Of a DNA stretch of 64,000 nucleotides, positions 41,022 through 51,329 are shown piece by piece; positions within the stretch are counted from its first letter, which is position 1; each line of letters opens with the position of its first letter. The stretch spans positions 124,001 through 188,000 of IMG/VR virus record IMGVR_UViG_3300017971_000001. One strand, written 5' to 3'. The notes under the pieces were generated by a model. It did no database searches. It was not told where the DNA came from and saw nothing but the letters and a program-made list of their open reading frames with translations. Both the position numbers and the translations under genes were made by a program.

Positions 41022-41668
41022 CCGAGACCCCGCCCCTGGTCGCCGACCTCGTCCCGCTGACCGTCCTGGACTTCGGCTGGAAGCTCGGCGTCACGCAGCA
41101 CGACGAAGAACTCGAGCGCGAGCTATCGGTCTGCGAGCTCAGCGAACGCGAGGCGCGAGAGCTCCGCGACGGGCTCACGCTCTGGCTGCAGCAGAAGGTC
41201 GCTGATCGAGTTGGCCTGCAGCCGGTCGAGTTCACGATCCCCGGCAAGCCCAAGCCCAAGGGAAACGCGAAGCGGATCGCGAAGCTCTTCGGCAGCAAGA
41301 CGCCGACGATCATTAACGACCGAGACGTGCAGCGAAAGCAGCGCGACTTCTCGGTCGCGGCCATGAAGTTTCGGCCCGAGGTGAACGGGATCTGGGAGTG
41401 CCCGATCCGGCTCGAGGTCACCTTCGTGTTCAAGGCGCCGCAGAAGCCCAAGTGGAAATGGGCCGCTGCGCTCAAGGGGATCTTGCTTCACGTCGTGCGG
41501 CCCGACACCGACAATCTGACGAAGTTCGTCAAGGACGCCCTCGAAGAGATCTTCTACGTGGACGACAAGCAGGTCTGCGAAGAATACGTGCGCAAGATCT
41601 ATGGACCTCAGGCGGAGACGAGGATCAAGCTGATCCCGCTCGAGCAGGCTACGAAGGACATGGTTTGA
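41015..41668 (+). CDS. rusA: RusA Holliday junction resolvase
   Basis: IPGKPKPK, RPDTDNLTKFVKDAL, DDKQV. Confidence 0.9.
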   Translation: MVAETPPLVADLVPLTVLDFGWKLGVTQHDEELERELSVCELSEREARELRDGLTLWLQQKVADRVGLQPVEFTIPGKPKPKGNAKRIAKLFGSKTPTIINDRDVQRKQRDFSVAAMKFRPEVNGIWECPIRLEVTFVFKAPQKPKWKWAAALKGILLHVVRPDTDNLTKFVKDALEEIFYVDDKQVCEEYVRKIYGPQAETRIKLIPLEQATKDMV

Positions 41669-42252
41669 CCCGGAAGAAAGCGATCCCGAAGACGCTCGTC
41701 CAAGACCCCCTCCCCTACGACAGCCCGAACGAACTCCTTGACGTCATGTCGTTCGACCAACTGCTCGCTCACTACGAAGGCAATCACGCCGACTACGTTC
41801 GACGCGGCAACGAACTACTCAAGAAGAAGGCCAAGCGCCGGCTCGGCAACTACGACAACGCGCGCCTGACCTTTGAGATCAACGGCGCCCAGCTGCACAA
41901 CCTGTGGTGGGAAAACCTCAAGAGCCCCTACGATCAAAGCAATCCGCCCGCTGCGGTGACGGATCTGTTTGGGGGGTCCGCCGCGGCCCTCCGCAAGGAA
42001 ATCCTCAGCGAGGGCTCCAAGCTCATGGGGAGCGGCTGGGTCGCGCTCAGCCAACTGAAGCGCAAGCCGAAGCAAGCTGACGTTCACGTCGTCACGAACC
42101 ACGACTACAACTGGTCGCTCTACCGACCGCTCCTGCTGATCGACCTGTGGGAACACGCCTTCTACCTCGACTACGAACACGAGCGCGACGAATACGCCCA
42201 GAGGATCTACGAATGCGTCAACTGGGACGTGGTCGGGGAGCGCATTCAATGA
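41665..42252 (+). CDS. sod: Fe/Mn superoxide dismutase
   Basis: TTG overlap start; LPY, HYEGNHADYV, LHNLWW, GSGW, DLWEHAFYLDY, VNWD. Confidence 0.9.
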   Translation: MTRKKAIPKTLVQDPLPYDSPNELLDVMSFDQLLAHYEGNHADYVRRGNELLKKKAKRRLGNYDNARLTFEINGAQLHNLWWENLKSPYDQSNPPAAVTDLFGGSAAALRKEILSEGSKLMGSGWVALSQLKRKPKQADVHVVTNHDYNWSLYRPLLLIDLWEHAFYLDYEHERDEYAQRIYECVNWDVVGERIQ

Positions 42253-43222
42253 GCAAGCTCAGGTGTCCGCTCTGTAACCGAGTCCGCGGGAAGCCGGTGC
42301 TCGAGGTGAAGCGCGAATGTGGCGAGCAGGTTTTCGTCGGGTGCGCGGACTGCTTGATCCACCTGATCGACCAATACAACCGCCGGGTCCTCGATTCAAC
42401 GTGCTACCTGTGCGGGTCCAAGAAAGAGCAAACGATCTTCGCGGGAGGGAGCCAGCGCCTCGAGTGCTCGCTTCACTATCAGGCGCGCTTCCTCCTCGGG
42501 CAGGCGCTCCAGCACATGAGTAAAGCCCTGGGTGAACAGGAGCTCGATCGGCGCCAGGTCGAAAACTGGTGCCTCAACGCCGCCGCCGCGCTCGGCGCAA
42601 CGGAGATCTAATGAACGAGATCGAACGCAAGCAGAAGTTGTGGATCGAGTCCAAGCCTCAAACCCCGAACCTCTATGAAGCCTTCGAGGCGGGCTGGAAA
42701 GCTGCCCAGGAAGCTACGAGCGCGGAAAACCGCAAGGGCTCGTCCCTGCGTGGCCGGGTGATCGTTCAGTTCCGCACGCTCTTCTCCAACGAGCTCGCGA
42801 ACGAGAATCCGAAGTTCTCGTCTCAAGTCGCCTGGCCCTGCCTCGAGCTCGACGACGGAACGCTCGTCTACGCGGGCAAGAAGCTGCCCGACGGGCTGCA
42901 CGGACCGGCGAGACTGCTCGGCGTCCAGGGCGATCAGAAGGTCATGTTCACGGCGAGTCATGCCACGATCGCCAAGAAGGTGTAGTGGACTTCCACCGCT
43001 CAGAGAGTTTACGCGAAGTCGTCGGACTCAAGGTGTATCGTCACCGCGTCGAGTGCGAGGAGTTCGGGCAACGCGAATTCACGTTCATGGTCAAGGACGG
43101 ACTCGTTCGCGTGATCGAGTCCTACGGGAACACGTCCCGGGAACTCGGCAGCAACATTCCCCTGGACGGCCTGATCGCCTGCGCGGTCAGCTGGCTCAGC
43201 GAACCCACGGCAAGCAGCAAGC

Positions 43223-46200
43223 ATGAAGCCAACCGTCGAGCAGCAAGCGGTCATTGAGCACGGCACGGGTCCGGCGCTCGTCCTCGCTGACGCCGGCAGC
43301 GGCAAGACGACCACGATCCTGCTGCGGATCAAGAACCTGATCCGGCGCGGCGTTCCTGCCAACCAGATCCTTATGATCACGTTCAGCCGCGCCGGCACCG
43401 AGGACATGATCCGCCGCGCCCGCGAATTGGGCGTCCCTCGAGGCGTGCAGTACCGAACGCTGCACAGCGTCGGTAAGGAAATGATCAAACGAGGATTCCC
43501 GCTGCAGGAGGAACGGACCTTCCGCTGGCCGCGCGAGGACTCGTCGGAAGACGAAGGCGGGAGCATGACTTTCTCGATCCCGACCGAGGGCGAGGAGGCG
43601 AAGAAGGAACCGGCCTTCGGTCAGCGGGTCGGGCGGAAGCAGTCGCTCGATATCGATATCGAAAAGCTCATGAAGGCCACGCTGCTCAACTACAAGGACG
43701 AGCTCGAAGCGAAAGGCCCCGTCAGCCGCGCGCACCTCGCCCCCAAGGTCAGTGAGGTCATGAAGCTGATCGACTTCAGCAAGTCCAATCTGATCTTTCC
43801 GGACCTGATCGACGAAACGACCGGCGAGCTCTTCTGCGAAGGGGCCTGGAGCAGCAGCGACGGAACGAAGTTCCCCTGTTTCATGGACTGGGCCTGGGAG
43901 AACCTGAGGATCTCTGAGGACGAGAACGAGCCCGGCCGGATCCCGGTCGTGATCGAGGCCGTGCAGCGCTGCTACATGAAGCTGCAAATGGCCTCGGCCT
44001 GCCCAGAGTATCACTCGTCGAACGAGTACTACGCTCTGCACGCCCACCGCTGGATCACGTTTTCCGACATGATCGCGCTGCCGGCGCAGGCGATCCTCAT
44101 GGGCCTTCCCTGGGTCTCGCCGTGGTGGGGCAGGTTCTCGTTCGTGATCGTGGACGAGGTCCAGGACAACAACCTTGGCCAATGGGCCATGGTCCGTCAC
44201 CTCGCCCGAGACAACAACCTCATGGCGGTCGGCGACGACTCGCAATCCATTTTCAGCTTCCGCGGCGCCCGGCCTGAACTCATGGGCTTCTTCAGGCAGG
44301 AGCTCATGAACTCGCAGGTCTACGGGCTCTCGGTGAACTTCAGGTGTCCGCACGAGGTCGTCAATCAGGCGAACAACCTGCTCAGCCACGCGCCGAACAA
44401 GCTAAAGGAAAAGCCCGCCCAGGCGCTCGAGTCTGCCTTGCCGGGACGGATCACGGTCACGTCTTACGCCGAACCCCTGAGGGAGGCGCGCGGCGTCGTC
44501 AAGAAGATCCAGGGCTATCAGGCGGCTGGGTTCCCCTCGCATGAGATCGCTGTGATCTACCGCACGCATGCCAGCGCTGGCGCGGTCGAGATCGAACTGA
44601 TCCGCAACCGAATCCCCTACCGCGTTCAGGGCTCTCCGTTCTTCAGCAAACCGATCGTCGCGGCCACGATCGGTTACCTCGGTCTCGCACTCGAACCCGG
44701 AGATCGGGAGTGGCTCAAGGCCTGCTACTGCAAGCCGCTGAGGAGTCTCAACCGAGCCTTCTTGAACACGTACGACAACTACGCTGCAGCGGTCAACGCC
44801 TTCGAGAACGACGAGGTCAAGCAGTGGCGCTGGAAGCGAGGTATTCCCAACCTTCGCAAGGCGGTCACCGAAACCCGGAAGGCGCTCAAGGAAAAGGGGG
44901 TGGGGGACGCGATCCGCCATGTGCTGTGGAAGCTTGAACTCGTCAAGTTCTTCGTCAATCGAGCCTCGGGCGACGGGAAGATCGAGATCGAGGACTACGC
45001 AAGAAACCTGGAGGACCTAGGGGATTGCTACGACAGCGCAGAGGATCTCCTGCGATACGTCCGGCTCATGCGCGACGACGATATCGCCGAGGCCGACCAC
45101 GACAACACCTACCTGAACAAGAAGTCCGCTCCGGGTCGCGTGGTGTTGAGCACCATTCACCGCTGCGTCCACCCGGACACTCTTATCGAAACAGGCGAGG
45201 GCCTGATTCCGATCAAGCTAGCCTCGAAATCCGGTCTTATCGGAACCCCGAAAGGGCCCCTCCGCTACAAAAACCTTGTTCGCAATCCGAGCAGAATTGG
45301 GATAAAGGTCACGACCGAAAGAGGGTACGAGCTCACCATGACGCCGGACCACGGAATCCAGGCATGGGGAGGAAATGGATACCGACGGCACCGCGCAGAC
45401 GAATTAAAGGAAGGCCAATTCGTTCGCTTGAAGCTGGGCGTGAATTGCCCTGCTGGAGAGGTTCCTAGCCTTCCAAGTCCAGGAGTCGGTGATATCCGTG
45501 AGCACGTCTGCAAAATTCCGCAGCGAATGAGCAGCGAGCTAGCTGAATTCCTGGGTTTGATAGTTGGCGACGGAACTTGCTACAAGCGAGGCGTCAGGCT
45601 GAAGAAGCGCCACGAAGAGGTTGTAAACCGCTTCTGCGCGCTAGGGAAATCGCTTTTTGGGCTAAACGCTATCCGAAAGAAAGAACAGGCGAAGAAGCCC
45701 GGCTACAACCTGACTGGAGAATTCGTCCACTACGCAGAAATCAACAGCACCAAGCTTTGCAGGTGGCTTGAAATCCTCGGAGGCACCTCCCCTCAGGAGA
45801 AGTCGATCCCCGAGTGCGTCCTGAGGAGCCCGGCAATCATTCAGGCCTCATTTCTCAGAGGACTGTTTGAAGACGGAACTGTAAATGTGAAAAAGGGGAA
45901 ACTCGATCATATCGACTGGTCCAACAAAAGCGAAGAAATGGCCAAGCAGGTTCAGGTCATGCTTCTGAGATTTGGGGTCGCCTGCAAGCGCAGGAGGGTC
46001 GAACACCAAGGAAGGAATAATACGCACATTTACATTTACGGAGAATTTGCCTCCAAGTTCGGAAGGTCGATCGGAATGATCAGCAAGGTCAAACAAGACC
46101 GCCTTTCGTGCGCCCCTGGCCGCCAAATGTATCCGGTCCCTATAGCCAAAAACGAACTTCGCTTCCTGAGGAACCAGGACAGAGCAAACGCCAGCCACAG

Positions 46201-46627
46201 AGGGAGGGTAAGCCGTTGGAAAGCAGCCCTCGTCCCCGATTTGATCGGGAAGCTGGGTTTCTTTCACGACCCGATTAAGAGTATTGAAATCGTAGAGTGC
46301 GAGTCCATGTGCGTCGAGGTTCCTGAAATGGGGAGGTTCCTTCAGAACGGATTCGACGGGCATAATTGCAAAGGCCTAGAGTACGGAACCGTTTTTTTGA
46401 TTCGGGCGAACGAGGGGGTCGTTCCGCACCGCCTGGCGGACCTGTCCGAAGAGCGCCGCCTGTTCTACGTCGCGGTCACCCGGACCAAATCGACCTGCGA
46501 GATCAGCTACGTGCAGGAGACCACCTTAGGCCCGGCGTTCCAGAGCCAGTTCATTCAGGAGCTCAAGCAGCGAAAGGAGGTGCGGATTGGACGAAAAGCT
46601 GACGAAAGCTTGGCGAGCTTGGCGTAG
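43223..46627 (+). CDS. uvrD: UvrD/PcrA-like SF1 helicase, intein-containing
   Basis: AGSGKTT, DEVQD, VGDDSQSIFSFRGA, NFRC, TIHR|CKGLE, EERRLFYVAVTR. Confidence 0.93.
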   Translation: MKPTVEQQAVIEHGTGPALVLADAGSGKTTTILLRIKNLIRRGVPANQILMITFSRAGTEDMIRRARELGVPRGVQYRTLHSVGKEMIKRGFPLQEERTFRWPREDSSEDEGGSMTFSIPTEGEEAKKEPAFGQRVGRKQSLDIDIEKLMKATLLNYKDELEAKGPVSRAHLAPKVSEVMKLIDFSKSNLIFPDLIDETTGELFCEGAWSSSDGTKFPCFMDWAWENLRISEDENEPGRIPVVIEAVQRCYMKLQMASACPEYHSSNEYYALHAHRWITFSDMIALPAQAILMGLPWVSPWWGRFSFVIVDEVQDNNLGQWAMVRHLARDNNLMAVGDDSQSIFSFRGARPELMGFFRQELMNSQVYGLSVNFRCPHEVVNQANNLLSHAPNKLKEKPAQALESALPGRITVTSYAEPLREARGVVKKIQGYQAAGFPSHEIAVIYRTHASAGAVEIELIRNRIPYRVQGSPFFSKPIVAATIGYLGLALEPGDREWLKACYCKPLRSLNRAFLNTYDNYAAAVNAFENDEVKQWRWKRGIPNLRKAVTETRKALKEKGVGDAIRHVLWKLELVKFFVNRASGDGKIEIEDYARNLEDLGDCYDSAEDLLRYVRLMRDDDIAEADHDNTYLNKKSAPGRVVLSTIHRCVHPDTLIETGEGLIPIKLASKSGLIGTPKGPLRYKNLVRNPSRIGIKVTTERGYELTMTPDHGIQAWGGNGYRRHRADELKEGQFVRLKLGVNCPAGEVPSLPSPGVGDIREHVCKIPQRMSSELAEFLGLIVGDGTCYKRGVRLKKRHEEVVNRFCALGKSLFGLNAIRKKEQAKKPGYNLTGEFVHYAEINSTKLCRWLEILGGTSPQEKSIPECVLRSPAIIQASFLRGLFEDGTVNVKKGKLDHIDWSNKSEEMAKQVQVMLLRFGVACKRRRVEHQGRNNTHIYIYGEFASKFGRSIGMISKVKQDRLSCAPGRQMYPVPIAKNELRFLRNQDRANASHRGRVSRWKAALVPDLIGKLGFFHDPIKSIEIVECESMCVEVPEMGRFLQNGFDGHNCKGLEYGTVFLIRANEGVVPHRLADLSEERRLFYVAVTRTKSTCEISYVQETTLGPAFQSQFIQELKQRKEVRIGRKADESLASLA
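45164..46366 (+). mobile_element. Intein with LAGLIDADG endonuclease (401 aa) in UvrD motif V
   Basis: R|CVHPDT...DGHN|C; TPDH; LGLIVGDG and FLRGLFEDG; visibly more AT-rich than flanks. Confidence 0.93.
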
Positions 46628-47312
46628 TGACCCTACGCCCGAGAACGCCATGGAGTGGGCCGTGCTCCAGGCCCGCACGCAGAGCGTAGGACCGTCGGAG
46701 ACGCCGCTCCATGAAGTTCAATGGGTCAAATACAGACCCACTAGCGGAAGTCACATACTGCGGGATCACGTCGAAGCCGCGGTCAACGTCTACTTCGGTC
46801 GGGACATGGAGGACGTTGTCGTCGGAGAGCTCAGCTGGTTGACCCAGTGCCACTACTGGCTGCTCGGAACTCGGCCTGGGCCCGCTGCGATCTCACTGCT
46901 CGGAAAGTTCTATCAAGACCACGACATGGAACTCGTGGTCGGCGACGAGGACCGAGCCAACAAGGACTACGAGCAGGCGACCGAGGAGGGATCCGTCGCT
47001 CAGCTGAGGCGGGAGATCGCTCGCCTTCGCCAGGACCTCAATAAAGCTCGGGCCGAAAGCGCTCAGGGCGCCCGCGCTCAGCTGAAGAAGTCTCAAGCAG
47101 AAGTCGCCAAGCTGAAAACGGAACTCGAAAACAAGAAGTCGTTTCTCGACCTGAGGAATTCTGAACTCAAGCGCCTGCGGAAAGAGGTTCAGGAGAGCAA
47201 GGAGCTCAAGGCCGACCTGTGCAAGCTCGCCAACCTGGAAAAGAGCAACAGCATTCTGCGGGAAGAGAACAACCGCCTGGCGAAACTGCTGCAGGCGAAG
47301 GCGAAGCCGTGA
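46587..47312 (+). CDS. Protein with DER-like N-terminus and long coiled coil
   Basis: MDEKLTKAWRAWRSDPTPENAMEWAVLQAR; heptad-rich C-terminus. Confidence 0.6.
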   Translation: MDEKLTKAWRAWRSDPTPENAMEWAVLQARTQSVGPSETPLHEVQWVKYRPTSGSHILRDHVEAAVNVYFGRDMEDVVVGELSWLTQCHYWLLGTRPGPAAISLLGKFYQDHDMELVVGDEDRANKDYEQATEEGSVAQLRREIARLRQDLNKARAESAQGARAQLKKSQAEVAKLKTELENKKSFLDLRNSELKRLRKEVQESKELKADLCKLANLEKSNSILREENNRLAKLLQAKAKP

Positions 47313-47640
47313 AGCGCTGGGAGTTCCTCGAAAAGGGCGATATGGTCGTCGACCCCACGGGGCGAGTCGGGACCGTGGTCTACGGGCCGGTCAAGGAGAA
47401 CTGGTTGTTCACCAAGATCCCGACGGGTCGAGCGACCTACTACGTCGAGTTCAGCCGAGAGGCGACTGACCTACGCGGGATCCGCCGCGCCAAGAAGGCG
47501 CGCGAAAAGGGGAAGTGGGTCACGGGCGAGGTCTGGAAGAGTCAGGAGCTTAGGCGATTGAGTCGCGAGCTCCAGCAAATGGCCGATAAGCTCCAGCGAA
47601 TGGCGGGGGAGAGCGACGACTACCCCTACGGGAGAGGCGC

Positions 47641-48078
47641 ATGAAGAAGACCGAAGAACATGACCCGCGCACTCACCCCCGCCTCCTCGACAAGGTCTCC
47701 AAGAGCGGGCGCGAGCGCTGCGTCGAGTTCGTGAGCGCCATGGGCACGATCGTCTACTCGACCGGGACGAGCGAAAAGAAGTGCTCGCTCGAGTCCTGGC
47801 GACGCTGGGCCAAGGGGGCCGAAATCGTCCGCCGCGGCCGCGCGGACGGGAAGAGGGCGCTTGAAAACCAACTGTCCCGGGAGATCAACTTGATCCGAAA
47901 CCGACTGGGAGAGATCGGCCAAGGCACCGAGCCCAAGTTTGCGAACGAGGACGAGATCGAGCTCGCGCTGATCGATCTTTCGCTGGCGCTGTACGAACAC
48001 CACTCGACGCATTACCTGCCGACCTCGATCGGAATCGAGTCGATTCGCCAGGCCATTCTCAGGAGGAGGCTGGCGTGA
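47641..48078 (+). CDS. Hypothetical protein
   Basis: Coupled ORF; C-terminus IGIESIRQAILRRR shared with 9058-11136. Confidence 0.6.
   Translation: MKKTEEHDPRTHPRLLDKVSKSGRERCVEFVSAMGTIVYSTGTSEKKCSLESWRRWAKGAEIVRRGRADGKRALENQLSREINLIRNRLGEIGQGTEPKFANEDEIELALIDLSLALYEHHSTHYLPTSIGIESIRQAILRRRLA
48027..48069. repeat. Perfect 43-bp repeat, inverted copy of 9730-9772
   Basis: GATCGGAATCGAGTCGATTCGCCAGGCCATTCTCAGGAGGAGG. Confidence 0.9.
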
Positions 48079-48254
48079 ACTGGCTCCTCGCGTTTGGGGT
48101 CTACTACCTCACCTTCCTCCTCCTGATCTTCTCTGCGCGCTGGGCTGCTGAAGAGGACGCGAAGAAGCGGCGGGAGACGTGGCTCCTCTGCACCGGCGGC
48201 GCGGTCGTGGCCTTCTACCTGGTCGTCAAAGCCCTAACGAAAAGACAAGCATGA
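48075..48254 (+). CDS. Small two-TM membrane protein (absent from the ORF track)
   Basis: AGGAGG RBS, GTGA overlap; MNWLLAFGVYYLTFLLLIFSA...GGAVVAFYLVVKALTKRQA*. Confidence 0.6.
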   Translation: MNWLLAFGVYYLTFLLLIFSARWAAEEDAKKRRETWLLCTGGAVVAFYLVVKALTKRQA

Positions 48255-49006
48255 AGACCCACGCTCGCCTCAACGAAGACGCCAAGATCACCTTCTGCGG
48301 ACGAGAAATCGGAAGGAAGTTCCAAGGCGCCGCCGAGTCCACGCACGATCTCTGCGGATACCTCAAACTCCCGGTCGAAGAAGTGTGCGGAAACTGCCGG
48401 CCGAAGGTCGTCGTCTGGAACGACAGGGGGTACGTGCCCATGCCGGACGGAAAGCAGCAGCCGACGATCACGACGGTCTCCGGGATCCGGTTCACGCCCT
48501 TCGACCCCCAGTTGGACCAGATCAACATTCGCGATATCGCGACGGCGCTGAGTCACCTCTGTCGCTGGTCGGGCCACGTTGAGCGCTTTATATCGGTTGG
48601 AGAGCACTCGATCTGGGTCTGCAAGCTGATCGAAGAGCAAGGCCACGGTACCCGGGCCGCGCTCACGGGGCTGCTCCACGACGCCAGCGAGGCCTACCTG
48701 GCCGACCTGCCACGTCCGATCAAGTACCACAAGGGCCTCAAGGCCTACCGGACCACGGAAGACCGGATCCACGCGGCGATCGCGCGCAAGTACGACCTCG
48801 AGTGGCCCCACCCGCCCGAGGTCAAGGCGGCTGACAACAGCCTGTTGATCACGGAGGCCGTGACCCTCAAGGGGTTGGATCTTTCGATCGAGGGTTCCTC
48901 TTGTATCCCCTGGATTCAAGCTCACCTCAACGCACCGGCCCCTTCGTTCAGCGCCGTTCAAGAGGATTTCATTCAGCACTTCCGCAGGCTGAGGAACATG
49001 CTGTGA
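48251..49006 (+). CDS. HD-domain 5'-deoxynucleotidase (YfbR/YfdR-like)
   Basis: DIATALSHLCRWSGH, SVGEHS, LLHDASEAYLADLPRPIK, VKAAD. Confidence 0.88.
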   Translation: MKTHARLNEDAKITFCGREIGRKFQGAAESTHDLCGYLKLPVEEVCGNCRPKVVVWNDRGYVPMPDGKQQPTITTVSGIRFTPFDPQLDQINIRDIATALSHLCRWSGHVERFISVGEHSIWVCKLIEEQGHGTRAALTGLLHDASEAYLADLPRPIKYHKGLKAYRTTEDRIHAAIARKYDLEWPHPPEVKAADNSLLITEAVTLKGLDLSIEGSSCIPWIQAHLNAPAPSFSAVQEDFIQHFRRLRNML

Positions 49007-49704
49007 GCGACGAGCGACTTCGAAAGCTGAAGGTCGCGGCGCGGTTCGATCCCGAAGCCGATATCGACTACCTTCGCGAGCGGATCCGCGCAGGAGAGCT
49101 CAGCCCCGACCGAGTCGAGGCCGCGGCGTTGCTGGGCAGCGAGCGAGCCCAAAAGGCCCTCGGTTGGAACTTGATCGCCGAGGGTGAGGACGTACTCACC
49201 TTCGAGCGGGGAGTTCAGGAGATCTTTGTTCCGCTCGGCCCGCGCGCGCGAATCATGGGCATGAAGAAGTTCGGCTTAGAGTATGTCTTCCTCGCTTCGC
49301 GTGCCGCCTCTCGCTTCCTGCACGGAATCTGGTCGCGGGACGCCGTGAGCGCTGGGCTGTCCGCTGAACTCGTCACGCTGGGCGACGAGGTCCTCATTGC
49401 CTGCGGACCTGAAACGGTCGGCAGGTTTCCTGATTTCGACTACGACGCCTGCTCTTGGGCGAGTAGCGACGCGATTGAGCGATTCAAGGCCAGGATTGAC
49501 CACTCCTTGCTCCGGTCGGTCAATATGTGGCCCGGCCACCTGATCAGCATTTCCCGAGGAGCGTGGCTCATGAGCCGGGGTCGCGAGAGCGTTGCCTACT
49601 CGACGCTTTCTGAAGCAAACTTCCGCAACCACGGCGAAGAAAGCGCTTGCCGTGAGGCCATGAAAAGAGATACCGTCCCTGTCCTGCTAGGAGAAGACTC
49701 ATGA
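49003..49704 (+). CDS. DER-module protein
   Basis: GTGA overlap; MSDERLRKLKVAARFDPEADIDYLRERIRAGELSPDRVEAAALLG. Confidence 0.7.
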   Translation: MSDERLRKLKVAARFDPEADIDYLRERIRAGELSPDRVEAAALLGSERAQKALGWNLIAEGEDVLTFERGVQEIFVPLGPRARIMGMKKFGLEYVFLASRAASRFLHGIWSRDAVSAGLSAELVTLGDEVLIACGPETVGRFPDFDYDACSWASSDAIERFKARIDHSLLRSVNMWPGHLISISRGAWLMSRGRESVAYSTLSEANFRNHGEESACREAMKRDTVPVLLGEDS

Positions 49705-50447
49705 TCGGTGAGTTCGTCCGCGCCGTACTTTCGACGAAGAACGACAAGATCGTCTTCCGGGATCTGTGTTCGACCTGCGACGACTTTCGCGCCCACCGAC
49801 TCGGAGGCAAGCCTGGATCGGCGCTGGGTATCTGCCTGCGCTGCAAGGGCGAGACTCCGTGCAGCACTCGCAGGATCGACGAGTCGAACGTAGGCAAGGC
49901 GAAAGCGTTCATGAAGCGTTGGAGCGACGCGACCGAAACGGCGAAGCGCAAGAAGGCCGCGATCGATTCGGCTCGCCCTTCCCCGCCTAGCGCCCGCGGC
50001 TCTTGGCCGCCCGCAAAGAAGAAGGCGAATTACGGAACGGAGGCGCGCAGAAGGGCCGCTGCGTCAGCCTACGACGCGCACCCTCCGAGGACCGTCGACT
50101 GCTCGTTCTGCGGCAAGGCCTTCGAAACCCGGCACCCCAAGAAGATCAACTGCTCGCGCAGTTGCACCGTGAAGCGGGCCAGCAAGAACCGAAAGGAGCG
50201 CAGAGGAAAGAAGGAGGCCGGCAACGAGGAGCGAATCGGCGTCACGGTCACCTTGAGCAAGCTCCCCTTTGCCAAGGGGGCAAACTACGGCACCCACAAA
50301 CTCGAGGAAGACTGCTCGAAAAAGAACGCCGAACTCCCCTGGCTTCTCTCGTGCCTCCAATGCGGGACCCTGAGCTACGCCAAGGGCCGAAACGTGATCG
50401 CCCGCCAAATTCCTGCCTGCACCTGCAACGAGAAGAGCGAAGCATGA
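49701..50447 (+). CDS. Multi-Zn-finger protein
   Basis: CSTC, CLRC, CSFCGKAF..CSRSC, CLQC. Confidence 0.65.
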   Translation: MIGEFVRAVLSTKNDKIVFRDLCSTCDDFRAHRLGGKPGSALGICLRCKGETPCSTRRIDESNVGKAKAFMKRWSDATETAKRKKAAIDSARPSPPSARGSWPPAKKKANYGTEARRRAAASAYDAHPPRTVDCSFCGKAFETRHPKKINCSRSCTVKRASKNRKERRGKKEAGNEERIGVTVTLSKLPFAKGANYGTHKLEEDCSKKNAELPWLLSCLQCGTLSYAKGRNVIARQIPACTCNEKSEA

Positions 50448-51190
50448 ACCGGACCCTGGACGCGCGCCCGGACGAAGCGGACTTCCGCGACTTCAAGTAT
50501 GAGCCCGGCTTGATCAACGTCTACCCGGAGATCCCGATCCGCTCATGGGAGCGACGCGGGATTGAAGTCCTGGATCAGGGCAGTGAAGGCGCCTGCACGG
50601 GCTTTGCGCTGGCGACGGTGGCGCACTACCTGTTGCGCACCCGAGCCGGGACGCTGCCGGACGACACGCCGATCAGCGCGCGGGCGTTCTACGAGAACGC
50701 TAAGGATTTCGACGCCTGGCCGGGCGACGAATACGACTGGAGTTCGTGCCGAGGCGCGGTCAAGGGCTGGTATCACCGCGGCGCTTGTTCGCGGCGCGTG
50801 TGGCCCAACAACGCCAAAGGAGAAAGCATGACGCCGGCTCGTGCGGCCGACGCCGCCAGGCGACCCCTGGGCAGCTACTACCGAGTCAACAGCAAGAACC
50901 TGAACCACATGTTCGCGGCGCTGAGCGAGGTCGGCGTGCTCTACGCCTCGGCGTGGCTGCACCCCGGCTGGAACGATCCGGGCGCCATAATCGAGGACGA
51001 CTCCATGCACGAGCGCAGCGGAGGGCACGCCTTCGCGATCGTGGGCTACGACGCGGACGGCCTCTGGATCCAGAACAGCTGGGGCAAGGACTGGGGCCGC
51101 GGCGGCTGTGCGCAGATCGGATACAGCGACTGGCTCGCCAACGGGAAAGACGTCTGGGCCCTGCGGCTCGGCGTTACGGTGAACGTGTGA
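50444..51190 (+). CDS. Papain-like C1 cysteine peptidase
   Basis: DQGSEGACTGFA, GGHAFAIVGY, QNSWG. Confidence 0.92.
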   Translation: MNRTLDARPDEADFRDFKYEPGLINVYPEIPIRSWERRGIEVLDQGSEGACTGFALATVAHYLLRTRAGTLPDDTPISARAFYENAKDFDAWPGDEYDWSSCRGAVKGWYHRGACSRRVWPNNAKGESMTPARAADAARRPLGSYYRVNSKNLNHMFAALSEVGVLYASAWLHPGWNDPGAIIEDDSMHERSGGHAFAIVGYDADGLWIQNSWGKDWGRGGCAQIGYSDWLANGKDVWALRLGVTVNV

Positions 51191-51329
51191 GCACGATCCC
51201 GGACACTTGGATCCTGAGCGGAATGACGAACCTCGTCTGCAGCCACCCTGAGAACACGGCGAACTGCCCTGGCTGCGACCCGGAGTGCGCCGATCCGATC
51301 GAGCCTGTCGAGGGGGAGTGGTGGCAGGA

